Origin: a candidate division FCPU426 bacterium
GTDB taxonomy: Bacteria > Oederibacteriota > Muellerivitia > Muellerivitales > Muellerivitaceae
DNA: 64,000 bases
NCBI GenBank assembly: GCA_963771075.1
Contig: CAVYSE010000019.1
Location: 1-64,000, forward strand
Direction: 5' to 3'
The notes under the pieces were generated by a model. That model ran no database searches. It was not told the DNA's origin and was given only the letters and a program-made list of their open reading frames with translations. Both the position numbers and the translations under genes were made by a program. Shown piece after piece: positions 41,221 to 52,269 of the stretch (its first letter is position 1; each line of letters opens with the position of its first letter).

Positions 41221-42678
41221 CTAGGCGTCCAACTTCTTCTTAAGAACCTCGTTTACTAATTTGGGGTTGGCCTTTCCCTGGCTGGCCTGCATGACCTTGC
41301 CCACCAGGAAGCCAATAACGCCCTGCTTGCCGCCCTTGTAGTCAGCCACGACGCTGGGGTTCTCGGCCAGCACCTTATCGACCGCGCCCTCGATGGCCTT
41401 GGGGTCGGAAACCTGGGCCATGCCCCGGCTCTTCACCACCTCGGCGGGCGAGATGCCGGAGTCGAACATTTCTGCGAAAATTTCCTTGGCCTGCTTGCTG
41501 TTGATGGTTCCCGCCTCGACCAGGTCCACCAGTTCGCACAGCTTTTTCTGGTCGAATTTGAGGTCTTTTAGTTCTTTCTCTTGTTCCTTCATCTTGGCGG
41601 CCATGTCGCCCATCATCCAGTTGGCCAGGCCCTTCGGGCTCTTGGTGTGATTGGCCCCTTCCTCGAACCAATGGGCCAGTTCCTGCTCGGCAGTCAAAAC
41701 GCCCGCGTCATAGGGGGTCAAACCATACTTGGTGGCGAACCGGGCGCGCTTGGCGCCGGGCAATTCGGGCAGGCTGTCCTTGATCTTCTGGACATAGTCG
41801 GCGCTCAAGACGATGGGCACCAGGTCGGGCTCGGGGAAATAGCGGTAATCGTGGGCTTCTTCCTTGGAACGCATGGGCTTGGTCTTGTTCTCGGTCACAT
41901 CCCACAGGCGGGATTCCTGAATCACCCGCTCGCCCTTTTCCAACAAGGCGATCTGGCGCTTGATCTCATATTCGATGGCCTGTTTGGCGAAACGGAAGCT
42001 GTTCATGTTCTTGATCTCGGCCTTGGTGCCGAACTGGGCCTGGCCCTTGGGCCGCACGGAAACGTTGGCGTCACAGCGGAGCGACCCTTCCTCCATGTTG
42101 CAGTCGGACACGTCGATATAGAGAAGGATGTTCTTGAGTTCGGTCAGATAGGCATAGGCCTCCTCCGCGCTGCGAAGGTCGGGTTCGGACACGATCTCGA
42201 CCAGGGGGATGCCGCCCCGGTTGTAATCGGCCAGGGAGTAATCGGATGAATCGAGCCGACCTGCCTTGCCGCCCGCGTGCACCAGCTTTCCCGCGTCCTC
42301 TTCCAGATGGGCCCTGGTAATGCCGATGCGTTTGGTACCCTCTTTCAGGGTGATCTCAAGGTGGCCGTCATAGTTTAGGGGTTTGTCGTACTGGGATATC
42401 TGGTAGGCCTTGGGCAAGTCCGGATAGTAGTAATTCTTCCGGTCCATCTTGGAATATTTGGAAATGGTGCAGTTCAGGGCATGGCCGATCTTGACCGCGT
42501 ATTCGACCGCCTTGGCGTTCATGACCGGCAGGGTGCCGGGCAACCCCAAGCAAAGGGGACAGACCTGGGTATTGGCTTCATTGCCGAAGGTGGTTTTACA
42601 GCCGCAAAAAAGTTTGGTGGCCGTCTTAAGCTCACAATGAACCTCTAACCCGATGACCGGTTCGTATTCGATGGCCAT
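41221..42678 (-). CDS. gatB: Asp/Glu-tRNA amidotransferase subunit B
   Basis: IGLEVH, RKNYYYPDLPKAYQISQ, HLEEDAGK, LRCDANVS, YRYFPEPDL. Confidence 0.98.
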   Translation of the reverse strand: MAIEYEPVIGLEVHCELKTATKLFCGCKTTFGNEANTQVCPLCLGLPGTLPVMNAKAVEYAVKIGHALNCTISKYSKMDRKNYYYPDLPKAYQISQYDKPLNYDGHLEITLKEGTKRIGITRAHLEEDAGKLVHAGGKAGRLDSSDYSLADYNRGGIPLVEIVSEPDLRSAEEAYAYLTELKNILLYIDVSDCNMEEGSLRCDANVSVRPKGQAQFGTKAEIKNMNSFRFAKQAIEYEIKRQIALLEKGERVIQESRLWDVTENKTKPMRSKEEAHDYRYFPEPDLVPIVLSADYVQKIKDSLPELPGAKRARFATKYGLTPYDAGVLTAEQELAHWFEEGANHTKSPKGLANWMMGDMAAKMKEQEKELKDLKFDQKKLCELVDLVEAGTINSKQAKEIFAEMFDSGISPAEVVKSRGMAQVSDPKAIEGAVDKVLAENPSVVADYKGGKQGVIGFLVGKVMQASQGKANPKLVNEVLKKKLDA

Positions 42679-42680
42679 GA

Positions 42681-44147
42681 TCAGGCCTCCCTTAGGGAAG
42701 GTTTTTGTTTGTGCCACTCGGTGGCCCGCTCGTAGGCATAGGCCGTGCGAAGCAGGATCGCCTCGTCGAAGGCCTTGCCGATCAACTGCAACCCGATGGG
42801 CAACCCGGTCTTGGATAGGCCGCAGGGCACGGACAAACCGGGCAATCCGGTGATGTTGATGGAAACGGTGAAGACGTCTTCGAGATACATGGAAAGGGGG
42901 TCGCCGGTCTTTTCGCCGAAACGGAAGGCCGGGTTGGGAGCGGTGGGAGTAGCGATGACATCCACCTTCTCGAAGGCCTTATCGTAATCCTGTTTGATCA
43001 AACGGCGGACCTTCAAGGCTTTTAAATAGTAAGCGTCGTAATAGCCGGATGAGAGGGCATAGGTTCCCAGCATGATGCGGCGCTTGACTTCGGAACCAAA
43101 CCCGGCGGCCCGGGTCTTGGAATACATTTCCACGATGTTCTCACCCGGCACCCGCAAACCATAACGGACCCCGTCGTAACGGGCCAGGTTGGAAGAGGCC
43201 TCGGACGGCGCCAGAACATAGTAGGCGGCCAAACCATAAGGGGAGGCGGGGAGGGAAACCTCAACGACCTCGGCTCCCTGCTTTTCCAGCTCAGCGATGG
43301 CTGTTTTGACCGTCTCCGCCACTTCCTTGTTCAAACCCTCGGGGAAAAACTCCTTCGGGATGCCGATGCGCAGACCCTTCACGGATTTCTTGGCTTCGGC
43401 GACGTAATCGGGAACCGGCAGATCGGCGGAAGTGGAATCCTTGGGGTCATGTCCCGCGATGGCGCCCATCATGATCGCGCAATCCTCCACGTCCTTGCCG
43501 AATGGCCCCACCTGGTCCAGGGAGGAAGCGAAGGCGATCAGCCCATAACGGGAAACCCGGCCATAGGTGGGTTTTAGCCCTACGATGCCGCAGAGGGCGG
43601 CGGGCTGGCGGATGGATCCACCCGTATCGGAACCCAGCGAGGCGAAGGCCTGGTCAGCGGAAACGCTGGCGGCGGACCCGCCCGAGGAGCCTCCCGGCAC
43701 GCAGGCCAGGTTCCAGGGATTTCTGGTTTTCTTGTAATAGGAAGTCTCCGTCGATGACCCCATGGCGTACTCATCCATGTTTGTCTTCCCCACCGACACC
43801 GCGCCCATGCCATAAAGCTTCTCGACGACCGTGGCGTTGTAAGGGGGGACGAAAGTTTCGAGCATCTTAGATGCGCAGGTAGTGCGGACGCCCTTGGTGC
43901 AAAGCAGGTCCTTGATGGCCACCGGCACACCGGTGAGGGGAGTGAGGTCCTTGCCGGAAGCCAGGCGCTGGTCCGCCTCGGCGGCCTGTTTTAAAGCCGC
44001 GTCCCGGGTAATGGTGATGAAAGCCTGGACTTTAGGCTCCACCTTTTCCAGGTGGTCCATGACGGCCTTGGTCAACTCGACCGAGGAAACTTTCTTAGTC
44101 CTAAGGTCAGCGGAAACTTCGTGGATGGTTTTCTGATACAGTTCCAT
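42681..44147 (-). CDS. gatA: Asp/Glu-tRNA amidotransferase subunit A
   Basis: [44 protein letters not shown]. Confidence 0.98.
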   Translation of the reverse strand: MELYQKTIHEVSADLRTKKVSSVELTKAVMDHLEKVEPKVQAFITITRDAALKQAAEADQRLASGKDLTPLTGVPVAIKDLLCTKGVRTTCASKMLETFVPPYNATVVEKLYGMGAVSVGKTNMDEYAMGSSTETSYYKKTRNPWNLACVPGGSSGGSAASVSADQAFASLGSDTGGSIRQPAALCGIVGLKPTYGRVSRYGLIAFASSLDQVGPFGKDVEDCAIMMGAIAGHDPKDSTSADLPVPDYVAEAKKSVKGLRIGIPKEFFPEGLNKEVAETVKTAIAELEKQGAEVVEVSLPASPYGLAAYYVLAPSEASSNLARYDGVRYGLRVPGENIVEMYSKTRAAGFGSEVKRRIMLGTYALSSGYYDAYYLKALKVRRLIKQDYDKAFEKVDVIATPTAPNPAFRFGEKTGDPLSMYLEDVFTVSINITGLPGLSVPCGLSKTGLPIGLQLIGKAFDEAILLRTAYAYERATEWHKQKPSLREA

Positions 44148-44155
44148 GGTGGGCC

Positions 44156-44440
44156 CTACATGATCTTGGGCACTTTGAAATGCCCCGATTGGATTTCCGG
44201 CCCGTTGGAAAGTACTTCCTGCTGGGTCAAGGAGGGTCGAACCACGTCTTCCCGGAACACGTTTTTCACGTCCAGGGGATGGGTGAGGGGTTCCACGTTA
44301 GCGGTATCGAGCTTGTTCAACTGTTCGACATACTCGAGGATGTTGGCTAACTGCAGGGTGTACTTGGCCACTTCCTCATTAGTCACTTCCAGGCGCGCCA
44401 ACTTGGCCACATATTGCACGTCTTTTTCCGATAGGGGCAA
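44156..44440 (-). CDS. gatC: Asp/Glu-tRNA amidotransferase subunit C
   Basis: [28 protein letters not shown]; probable TTG start after GGAG. Confidence 0.95.
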   Translation of the reverse strand: MPLSEKDVQYVAKLARLEVTNEEVAKYTLQLANILEYVEQLNKLDTANVEPLTHPLDVKNVFREDVVRPSLTQQEVLSNGPEIQSGHFKVPKIM

Positions 44441-44556
44441 ATTAAACTCCAAAAGGAGGGATAAGGCCGTTTATATTGCCAGAAGAAGGGGTAAAGCTCA
44501 ATCACTTCACCTATTCCAACCTTTTCTTTGATACTCCGCATAAATGGTAAGCCACA

Positions 44557-44686
44557 TCCAACACAAAACCACGAGGACGCAAAGAAAGTATAATCCTTTT
44601 GAAGGAATTGAACCCTCAAGGGAAAAAACTTTGACCCCTTTCAAAAAAACAATTGTTTTTGAGTGGCTGGGTGTCTTCGTGTTGGA
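44557..44686. repeat. Degenerate inverted 8-mer element between gatC and the divergent lipoprotein gene
   Basis: Left TCCAACACAAAA CCACGAGG ACGCAAAG; right TGAGTGG CTGGGTGT CTTCGTGTTGGA. Confidence 0.55.
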
Positions 44687-44738
44687 TTTTGGTTTGTCGT
44701 TCCTGGGCAGTAAATACCCAGGTCGGATAAAATGAGCT

Positions 44739-45839
44739 ATGTTCCAAACCCGAATCTTTAGGTTTTTGCCAATACTAATAGCGGTTATTTTCCTCACAGG
44801 TTGCGCCACCTCCCGCCCATCTCTTTACATCATCCCCTCCGATTCCAAAAAGCGCACTTTTGAACCCCCTCCCGCAACGGTTATTCGTCTGCCTGTTGTC
44901 GTTACCCTTCCCCGCCTAAAGGATCTGCCCAAAACTCTCCTTACCTTTCTCAATGAACAATTCAAACCGATCCAAAAAACGATTCTCAACCCATTCCATA
45001 AAATGGAAATGGATATGTCTTTTGGGGAAATTACCAACTTTTGGGATTTGGCCCAGGAGCCTATTTTCATCGACAAGGGAATCTGGCTCTTGATCCAGCC
45101 CCAGTCCCTCAGCAGCGGCCTGGCCCAGTCCCATAACAAGAACCCATTCAAGTGGAAGATAAACCTGGAAATGACGGCCTATCCCATCCTGGTTTTCGGA
45201 AAGGAACCCGGGTTCGTGAAGAAAAACATGCCTCCGATCGAGGTTTACAAACCCGGCCCCTCCGGTTTCCACGCCATCAGCAACACCGTGATCAGTTTCG
45301 CGGAAGCAGACAACCAATTGGCGGACCTCCGCTTTGGGTTAATCGGCCGGGTCATCCCGGGAAGCGGCGATTACAAGCTTCGAATCAAGGGTATCCACCT
45401 TTACGGTTCGGGAGGGCAAGTCATTGCCGAGGTCAAAATTCAATACAACCCCTTGATCAATTTTGGAAGCAAGCCCGCCCACATGACGGTTTATTTCCGG
45501 GGAATCCCCCATTACAACCCGGAAAATGAAACCTTCACACTGCGGCACCTGGATTTCGATCTGAAAACAGGGGATTTCCTCATGCAAGTCGCCAATTGGA
45601 TCTTCAAGTCGGATATTTTGAAGATTCTACGGGAAAAGGCCCGCATCCCCATCGGTCCCAAGCTGAATCAACTCAAAGACCGCATGAACGTAGTGTTGAA
45701 CCTGCCGGTGGGAAAACACAGCCGACTTCAAACTCAGGTGGAATCATTTCGGGTTTTGGACGCCTTCGTGGACCGGGACGGCATCCAGGCCCAGATTTCG
45801 CTGGATGGCGATGCGCAATTAAATCTATTCAGCCGTTAA
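44739..45839 (+). CDS. DUF4403-like lipoprotein
   Basis: Lipobox FLTGC; QEPI..GIWL..P, LYGSGGQ, G.P.Y.P..LDFD pattern typical of this family. Confidence 0.65.
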   Translation: MFQTRIFRFLPILIAVIFLTGCATSRPSLYIIPSDSKKRTFEPPPATVIRLPVVVTLPRLKDLPKTLLTFLNEQFKPIQKTILNPFHKMEMDMSFGEITNFWDLAQEPIFIDKGIWLLIQPQSLSSGLAQSHNKNPFKWKINLEMTAYPILVFGKEPGFVKKNMPPIEVYKPGPSGFHAISNTVISFAEADNQLADLRFGLIGRVIPGSGDYKLRIKGIHLYGSGGQVIAEVKIQYNPLINFGSKPAHMTVYFRGIPHYNPENETFTLRHLDFDLKTGDFLMQVANWIFKSDILKILREKARIPIGPKLNQLKDRMNVVLNLPVGKHSRLQTQVESFRVLDAFVDRDGIQAQISLDGDAQLNLFSR

Positions 45840-45849
45840 GCGGAAACCC

Positions 45850-48051
45850 TCAATCGATCTTTTCCAAATTCGCCAGCTTCACAAGCAATTGCTTCTTGCC
45901 GTGATTCGGGAAGGACACCGTGACCTTCAAGTCTTCCCCCGAGCCCATCAGGGCGATGACCATTCCCCGCCCAAAGGCCTTGTGCTTCACAGTGTCGCCC
46001 AGGGCAAAGGGGATGACCGCTTCCTCGTCCCATTCCGGGTCTTTCAACTCGTCAAACTCTTTCTTCAGGGTATTGGCCACTTCATATAAACCGCCGTGGG
46101 TAGCGACGATATTGGCCGCTTTGCCCGTAACCTGGATCATATCCTTGGGAATCTCGGAGAGGAACCGGGAGGGTGCCCGCCATTGGGGCGTGCCGTAAAC
46201 ATAACGGCAGGCCGCGCCCGTGAGATAGAGGATGTCCATGGCCCTCGTCATTCCCACGTAGCACAAGCGTCGCTCTTCCTGAACCTCTTTGTCCTCCTCC
46301 ATCGAGTTGTTATGGGGAAAGAGCCCTTCTTCCATTCCCGTTATAAAAACGATGGGAAATTCCAGACCCTTGGCGTTATGCATGGTCATAAGGGTCACGC
46401 AGTTTTTCTTGTCCTCCAGTTTGTCCACGTCAGCCACCAGGGAAACCTGGTCCAGGTAACCCCCCAGCGTCGGGGTTTCGGCGGTGGATTCGTAATCGAC
46501 CACCGAGTTAACTAGTTCTTTTAGGTTTTCGGCACGCATTTTCGATTCAAGTGTGTCATCCGTTGCCAGGTCGGTCAGGTACCCCGAACGCTCCAAAACC
46601 TTTCTCACGAATTCGGAAGGTTTGAGCCCGTCCCTTTCGGCGATCAAGCCATCCATCATGGAAACAAATTGCCCCAAGGCCTGGGAGGCCTTCTTCGGAA
46701 ACTCACCGTTTGAGGCACAATCCCTCGCGGCTTCCAATAGGGTCATATCCCTCGCCTTGGCGATCTCCTCCAACTTGGCCACCGTGCCCGAGCCAATGCC
46801 CCGGATGGGCACATTGATCATCCGGCGGAGGGATACGGAATCCTTCGGATTCACCAGCACATGCAGGTAGGCCAGCATGTCCTTCACTTCCTTGCGATCG
46901 TAGAACTTCAGTCCCCCCACGATGATGTAGGGAATATTGTGGCGCCGGCAGGCGTCTTCCAAAACCCGGGATTGGGCGTTGGTACGGTATAAAAGGGCGA
47001 CGTGCCGGAAACTTCGGCCCGGCTGGCCCAACCGCTCGTAGAGGGTTCGGATCACGAACTCGGCCTCGTCCTTGTCATCCTCCGCCTGGTAATAGATGGG
47101 GGATTCCCCCATTTCACGAAGCGAAAAGAGCTCTTTTTCCTTTCGCTGGGAATTATTGCGGATGACGGCCTGGGCGGCTTGGATGATCGCCTTGGTGGAA
47201 CGGTAGTTCTGCTGGAGCTTGAAGACCTTGGCGCCAGGGAAATCATGTTCAAACCGGAGGATATTCCGAATATCCGCCCCCCGCCATCCGTAGATAGACT
47301 GGTCCGGGTCCCCGACCACGCAAAGGTTATTCTCAGGGTGGGCGATCATGGAGATCATCTGGTATTGGGCTGTGTTGATGTCCTGGTACTCGTCCACGGA
47401 GAGGTATTGGAACCTCCGCTGATAGCCCGCCAAAAGTTCCGGATGGTTTTTCAAGAGGGTCACGGTATTAAACAACAGGTCGTCAAAGTCCATCCCGTTG
47501 TTTTGCTTGAGCTTGGTTTGGTAGAGGGGATAGATCTTGGCCACCCGCTCCATGAACACCCCCGCGGCCATTTCCTGGTACTCTTTAGGATTCTTGAGCT
47601 CGTTCTTCGCGGCGCTGATATAGCTGTGCACCGCATAGGGGTGCACCTGCTTTTCATCCCACTTGAGTTCCCAAAGGCATTCCTTGATGACCGCCTTCTG
47701 GTCGGAATCGTCATAGATGGTAAAGTTGGGCTGGTACCCCAGCTTATCCGCATGGGCTTTCAAGATGCGCAGGCAAAGGGAATGGAAAGTGCCGATGAAA
47801 AGATCCCGAGCCTTGGTTCCGCCCGCAAGGACAGAGACGCGGTCCCGCATTTCCTGAGCGGCCTTGTTGGTAAAGGTGACCGCCAAAAGGTTAAAAGCTG
47901 AAACATTTAATTCATCCAACAGGCGGATCAAACGGTAGGTCACTACCCGAGTCTTGCCCGAACCCGCGCCAGCCAGGATCAGGGCAGGACCCTGGTGATG
48001 TAGGACCGCCTCACGCTGTTCGTCATTCAAATCGAGGTAAGTTTTCTTCAT
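45850..48051 (-). CDS. pcrA: ATP-dependent DNA helicase PcrA/UvrD
   Basis: LAGAGSGKT, TFTNKAA, VDEYQD, GDPDQSIYGWRGA, QNYRS, KGLEF, EERRL.YVGMTRA; C-terminal Tudor-like domain. Confidence 0.96.
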   Translation of the reverse strand: MKKTYLDLNDEQREAVLHHQGPALILAGAGSGKTRVVTYRLIRLLDELNVSAFNLLAVTFTNKAAQEMRDRVSVLAGGTKARDLFIGTFHSLCLRILKAHADKLGYQPNFTIYDDSDQKAVIKECLWELKWDEKQVHPYAVHSYISAAKNELKNPKEYQEMAAGVFMERVAKIYPLYQTKLKQNNGMDFDDLLFNTVTLLKNHPELLAGYQRRFQYLSVDEYQDINTAQYQMISMIAHPENNLCVVGDPDQSIYGWRGADIRNILRFEHDFPGAKVFKLQQNYRSTKAIIQAAQAVIRNNSQRKEKELFSLREMGESPIYYQAEDDKDEAEFVIRTLYERLGQPGRSFRHVALLYRTNAQSRVLEDACRRHNIPYIIVGGLKFYDRKEVKDMLAYLHVLVNPKDSVSLRRMINVPIRGIGSGTVAKLEEIAKARDMTLLEAARDCASNGEFPKKASQALGQFVSMMDGLIAERDGLKPSEFVRKVLERSGYLTDLATDDTLESKMRAENLKELVNSVVDYESTAETPTLGGYLDQVSLVADVDKLEDKKNCVTLMTMHNAKGLEFPIVFITGMEEGLFPHNNSMEEDKEVQEERRLCYVGMTRAMDILYLTGAACRYVYGTPQWRAPSRFLSEIPKDMIQVTGKAANIVATHGGLYEVANTLKKEFDELKDPEWDEEAVIPFALGDTVKHKAFGRGMVIALMGSGEDLKVTVSFPNHGKKQLLVKLANLEKID

Positions 48052-48100
48052 TGTTTCCGTTAATAGATAAGGATGGGCCCCAAAAAAGCGATGGCTTGAA

Positions 48101-48135
48101 AATAAAAATCCCTCCAGGGCAAGCCCTTGAGGGAT
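48101..48135 (-). terminator. Intrinsic terminator after the PilZ gene
   Basis: ATCCCTC.AGGGC/GCCCT.GAGGGAT hairpin followed by TTTTATT on the minus strand. Confidence 0.7.
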
Positions 48136-48184
48136 GGGGATTTTCCAATAAAGCCTGTCAAATTGCTACCTAGTAATCGGCGGA

Positions 48185-48541
48185 TTAAACCAACTTTTTC
48201 AACAATTCCCTTATCACTTGCTGGGCTTCCTCATCTACCACGATGAATTGGTAGCCCAGGAACTTGTCCGAAACCCAAACCAATTTGCTGTAAACATCCA
48301 CGCTTTTATCCTTATGGATGCGGAAGTTGACCTTGAGGATATGGCTGGGCGGCCTTGGAATACCCAACTCCAACCGAATACCGCCCTCACTCAAGTCGAA
48401 AGCTTTTACGGTTAAAGGATTTCCTTGGACTTCGAAAACATTTCCCGATTTTGACACAACGACAGGATGAATCTTTATGTGTTCTTCAAATTTGACTCTG
48501 GAATGTTTACGACGTTCTTCCTTGTGGGTAGTCGCGGGCAT
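48185..48541 (-). CDS. Stand-alone PilZ domain protein
   Basis: ERRKHSR (RxxxR) and DLSEGG (DxSxxG) c-di-GMP-binding motifs. Confidence 0.9.
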   Translation of the reverse strand: MPATTHKEERRKHSRVKFEEHIKIHPVVVSKSGNVFEVQGNPLTVKAFDLSEGGIRLELGIPRPPSHILKVNFRIHKDKSVDVYSKLVWVSDKFLGYQFIVVDEEAQQVIRELLKKLV

Positions 48542-48675
48542 GGAGTCTCCATGAAGTTGTTATTGACTAAAACGGTAAACTAAAGCGATTTAACCGTCAA
48601 TTGAAAGATACATGGATAAATCTTTTTACTCATTTTGGGTAAATTTAATACGGGGGGATCAACGAAAGAAAAAGC

Positions 48676-50571
48676 TTATTTTTTAAATAGTTCAATGTAA
48701 AAAATTTCAGGCACCCAAGAGAAAGTTAAATTATTCCCAACCCACCGGGTGGAAACGGAAACTTTCATGGGTTTTCCGTTTTGATCCAAAGCGCGAACCC
48801 TCAAATGGGAATCCTTCCGGTACCGGTAGAGCACGAATTTCGCGCGAATGGGTTCCATCAAGACCGGATACCTTCCGAAATCCAATACCTTGGTTCTCTT
48901 TTCGTTGTAAATCTCACCTGTGTTCTCACAACGCGCGACAGCCGAAAGGATCAAGTGATCGGAAGAGGTGATCGCCTTCGGCGTAAGGGAGACCAGGGCA
49001 AAGGATGCGTAAGGATTGGATGTTTCCAATGCCCAAGTCGAATTATTGAATTTCCGATGGGCCAGGAACCCAATCAAAGATTGGAAACGGGGGCTTTCAA
49101 CCTTCACCACACCCACATTCCCTTGCCAGGTCAATTGGCCGGTATCGGAAACAAGAGTTTTGGTCTTGGGGTCGATCTTGGCTTTCAGCTTTCCTGAGAT
49201 GTCCGTTTGGTCAGGGTCATCGGAAAGTCCGGAGCGATGGGCCTGTGCCGCAAGGGCGCTTTCCAGGTCCAGGGTTTGGCCCTGGGAAAGCGTGGGAAGG
49301 ACGAAAACTTTTCCTTCTTTTATGTCGCCTCTCCATACCGCCAGTGCGGCCAGCGGCCATTGGCTGGAGATCAAAGGGTTTCCCGAAAAACTATTGGGAT
49401 CAGGCAAGTTCGGGGTCTTAGAGCTGGGATATCCTTTCCCCAAACAAACCGACCAGCCTTGCAGACATTGCTGGGCCGCCATCCAAAGGGGCAAACCGGC
49501 TATATATTCATTGGGCCAATTTGACGACCACCGGACACCAAAGGGATGTCCCAAAAATCGTTGACGTATCAATTGAATCGATAGGCTGGTTTCAGGAGAA
49601 AGAACCCAGGGTTTGTCCGAGAAGGAAACTGGAGCGGTTGTGGAAGGTACCTGCTCAATAGTTTCAGCCCATTGGGTCGCTGACTGGGAGTCTGCCGGCG
49701 TGGGAACAGGGGTTGGGCCGAAAGGCGTCGCCGTTTCTTCTTGGCCTTGATCCATACCCCAATATTCCCCATTCACAGGAGCTTGGACCAGGGTCGACGT
49801 ATCCAGGGGCGTCCCCCTGAAATCCGGTAATCCCGCCTTGATGGGAAACCATCCCGTGGTGTCGGTGGTGGATGTTTTCTCGGGCTTAGGGGAGAGGGCG
49901 GTCACAGGAACCTGCGTATCCGAGGCGGTCACGGCGAAAAGCATGGGAACCGGCGCCTTGCCTTCCGACTTAAAGAGGATGGTTTGAATGGGAACATTGG
50001 GCCGGGGATTGGTCCAGGCCAATAGGTTCAAGCCGGTCTCGGCACCCTTGTCCTTGTGCCACCAAGCCAGATAACTCTCGGCGGTATCATCCGCGCCCCA
50101 AAAATTGACCAATTCCCTCCCGACTCTTAAGGGGATCATTTCCACCTTTGAGTCAGCGTAAACCACATCATATTCCGCCACCTTGTAATCCAGTCCAGTC
50201 GAAGCCCAACGGCATTCTTGGAGAAAAAATAATTCCGCGGCGGTTTGATTGCCGAAGGGGATGGTCAAACCCTGCGGGTATTGGGGAAGGGATTTCCCCT
50301 TTAGAACGACAAAGGAACGTCCAGGGTTTTGAACCGGGTCTAAAACCCGGAAAGGAATGCTGCGAAAGAAAGGATTGCCCGTTGGAAGGTCTTTCAAGGA
50401 CTTGATTTGTTCCTCGTCCCCAGGGCCCGGTTCCTTTCCCTCGAATGAATCCAGGAACCCGTGGTTGGCGATGGGCGCGAGGTCCAGAAACCAGAAACGG
50501 GCGTGGCTGGGTGCGGCGCCCAAAAGAAATAACGCGACGCTCCAGCCCGCCAGCGACCGCTGAAAAGACAT
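48676..50571 (-). CDS. Secreted carbohydrate-associated protein, apparently without a catalytic barrel
   Basis: Signal peptide; LDL...AN.GF.D..IPF, V.YAD..IPLR.G, W.NPRP...I beta-sandwich; C-terminal SDTGQLTW..V.SPR domain. Confidence 0.6.
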   Translation of the reverse strand: MSFQRSLAGWSVALFLLGAAPSHARFWFLDLAPIANHGFLDSFEGKEPGPGDEEQIKSLKDLPTGNPFFRSIPFRVLDPVQNPGRSFVVLKGKSLPQYPQGLTIPFGNQTAAELFFLQECRWASTGLDYKVAEYDVVYADSKVEMIPLRVGRELVNFWGADDTAESYLAWWHKDKGAETGLNLLAWTNPRPNVPIQTILFKSEGKAPVPMLFAVTASDTQVPVTALSPKPEKTSTTDTTGWFPIKAGLPDFRGTPLDTSTLVQAPVNGEYWGMDQGQEETATPFGPTPVPTPADSQSATQWAETIEQVPSTTAPVSFSDKPWVLSPETSLSIQLIRQRFLGHPFGVRWSSNWPNEYIAGLPLWMAAQQCLQGWSVCLGKGYPSSKTPNLPDPNSFSGNPLISSQWPLAALAVWRGDIKEGKVFVLPTLSQGQTLDLESALAAQAHRSGLSDDPDQTDISGKLKAKIDPKTKTLVSDTGQLTWQGNVGVVKVESPRFQSLIGFLAHRKFNNSTWALETSNPYASFALVSLTPKAITSSDHLILSAVARCENTGEIYNEKRTKVLDFGRYPVLMEPIRAKFVLYRYRKDSHLRVRALDQNGKPMKVSVSTRWVGNNLTFSWVPEIFYIELFKK

Positions 50572-50575
50572 GGGT

Positions 50576-51301
50576 TTATTTCACTTTTTTATATCGGTAG
50601 TAATCCAAGATAATCTTTACCACCTCGGCGGGTTTATCCACGATGTGAAATAGATCCAAATCCTCGGCATTGATGTATTTCCTGTCCCGCAGGATCGTTT
50701 TCTTGATCCACTCCATCCCCCCAGCCCAATACTCCCGGTCTACCAGGATTACGGGAACGGTCTCGATTTTCCGGGTCTGGACCAGGGTCAGAAGCTCGAA
50801 TAGCTCGTCCATCGTGCCGAAACCGCCCGGCATGACCACCACCGCCGCGGCATAGCGCAAAAACATGACCTTGCGGATGAAAAAATAATGGAAGTTGATG
50901 GGCAGGTTCACGTAGGGGTTCCCTTTTTGCTCGAAGGGCAGCTCGATATTACAGCCCACCGACCGACCTCCCGCGTCATGAGCCCCCCGGTTGGCGGCTT
51001 CCATGATTCCGGGCCCCCCCCCGGTCACGATGCTGTAACCCTTTTTCGATAATTGGTAAGCGATTTCGTGCGCCAGCTTGTAATCGGGGGATTCGGGCTC
51101 GGTTCGGGCGGAACCGAACATGGTGATGGCGGGCCGGATATTGCGCAAGGCCTCGAACCCTTCCACGAACTCCGAAATGATGCGGAACATTCGCCAGGTG
51201 TCCTGGTCCTTGAAATCATTGGCGATCATGGGATCATAAACCGCCGGGCGGTGATTTCCCCCGTTGGATTTTCTTTTAACTTGTTTTTTTCGGATCGGCA
51301 T
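50576..51301 (-). CDS. LOG family (TIGR00730) nucleotide phosphoribohydrolase
   Basis: FGSAR, TGGGPGIMEAANRGA, FFIRKVMF, PGGFGTMDE. Confidence 0.93.
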   Translation of the reverse strand: MPIRKKQVKRKSNGGNHRPAVYDPMIANDFKDQDTWRMFRIISEFVEGFEALRNIRPAITMFGSARTEPESPDYKLAHEIAYQLSKKGYSIVTGGGPGIMEAANRGAHDAGGRSVGCNIELPFEQKGNPYVNLPINFHYFFIRKVMFLRYAAAVVVMPGGFGTMDELFELLTLVQTRKIETVPVILVDREYWAGGMEWIKKTILRDRKYINAEDLDLFHIVDKPAEVVKIILDYYRYKKVK

Positions 51302-51324
51302 GGACTTTCCTTTCGAATCCTAAA

Positions 51325-51762
51325 TCAGACGATGACCGCCCCCGGCAATCCCTCCAGGGCGTCCATCACCCTGCGAGGATGGTCGGTGATCATGGGAGGC
51401 AGGGCGTCCACCGAAAAATAACGCAGGTCACTGGTTTCCGGGCTTAATTTTAAGCCGCCGCCCGTCGCTCGGCAGAGAAAAGAAACCCTCACCGTGTGCC
51501 ACTCTTTTCCCTGGGAGTAATGAAGGGAGCCCGCCGTGTCCGAATAGATCCCGACGAGGCGGACCACCTCCGCTTGGAGGCCCGTTTCTTCCCTTAATTC
51601 CCGCGAACAGCACTGGGCGAGGGTCTCGCCCAGCTCCATGTGGCCCCCGGGGATGCACCAGAGACCGTTATCCGTGCGTTTCGCCAGGAGTACTTCCCCC
51701 TGGTCGTTGAACAACAGAGCGTTTACGGCGACCTTCGGGGTGATCTGTGGTGGGTGGGCCAT
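51325..51762 (-). CDS. NUDIX hydrolase
   Basis: Nudix box GGHMELGETLAQCCSRELREETG. Confidence 0.92.
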   Translation of the reverse strand: MAHPPQITPKVAVNALLFNDQGEVLLAKRTDNGLWCIPGGHMELGETLAQCCSRELREETGLQAEVVRLVGIYSDTAGSLHYSQGKEWHTVRVSFLCRATGGGLKLSPETSDLRYFSVDALPPMITDHPRRVMDALEGLPGAVIV

Positions 51763-51793
51763 CGTTTGCCTTTTCGGATTAAGATGTCAGACC

Positions 51794-51830
51794 AAAAAAA
51801 ATCCCGCGTCCCGAAAGGGGAACGCGGGAT
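51794..51830 (-). terminator. Intrinsic terminator of rplM-rpsI
   Basis: ATCCCGCGT.CCC/GGGACGCGGGAT hairpin followed by a long U-run on the minus strand. Confidence 0.85.
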
Positions 51831-51873
51831 GTCGTAAAGATTCCGCCTCGAATTGGGGTCCAACCCCCAAGGA

Positions 51874-52269
51874 TTAACGTTTCGAGAACTGGAAGCGTTT
51901 GCGGGCCTTCTTGCGGCCGTACTTTTTGCGTTCCACCATCCGGGGATCGCGTGTCAGGAAACCAGCCGCCTTTAAGGGCTTGCGCATCTCAATGTCGACT
52001 TTCAGCAAAGCTCGGGAAATGGCGTGCCGCAGGGCTTCCGCCTGGCCCGTCACTCCACCACCGGTCAGGTTGGCGTAAACATCGTATTTATTCAGGGCCG
52101 AGACCAGCTCCAAGGGAGACTTGACGGTGGGAACCTTAGCGAAGGGGAAGAATTTTTCCAGCGGAAGGCCGTTGATTACAAATAGCCCCTTTCCGGGGCG
52201 AAGAATAACGCGGGCGACGGAGGTCTTGCGGCGTCCGGTAGCGGTGAATTGTTCTTTGGAAGCGGTCAC
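51874..52269 (-). CDS. rpsI: 30S ribosomal protein S9
   Basis: [45 protein letters not shown]. Confidence 0.98.
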   Translation of the reverse strand: MTASKEQFTATGRRKTSVARVILRPGKGLFVINGLPLEKFFPFAKVPTVKSPLELVSALNKYDVYANLTGGGVTGQAEALRHAISRALLKVDIEMRKPLKAAGFLTRDPRMVERKKYGRKKARKRFQFSKR

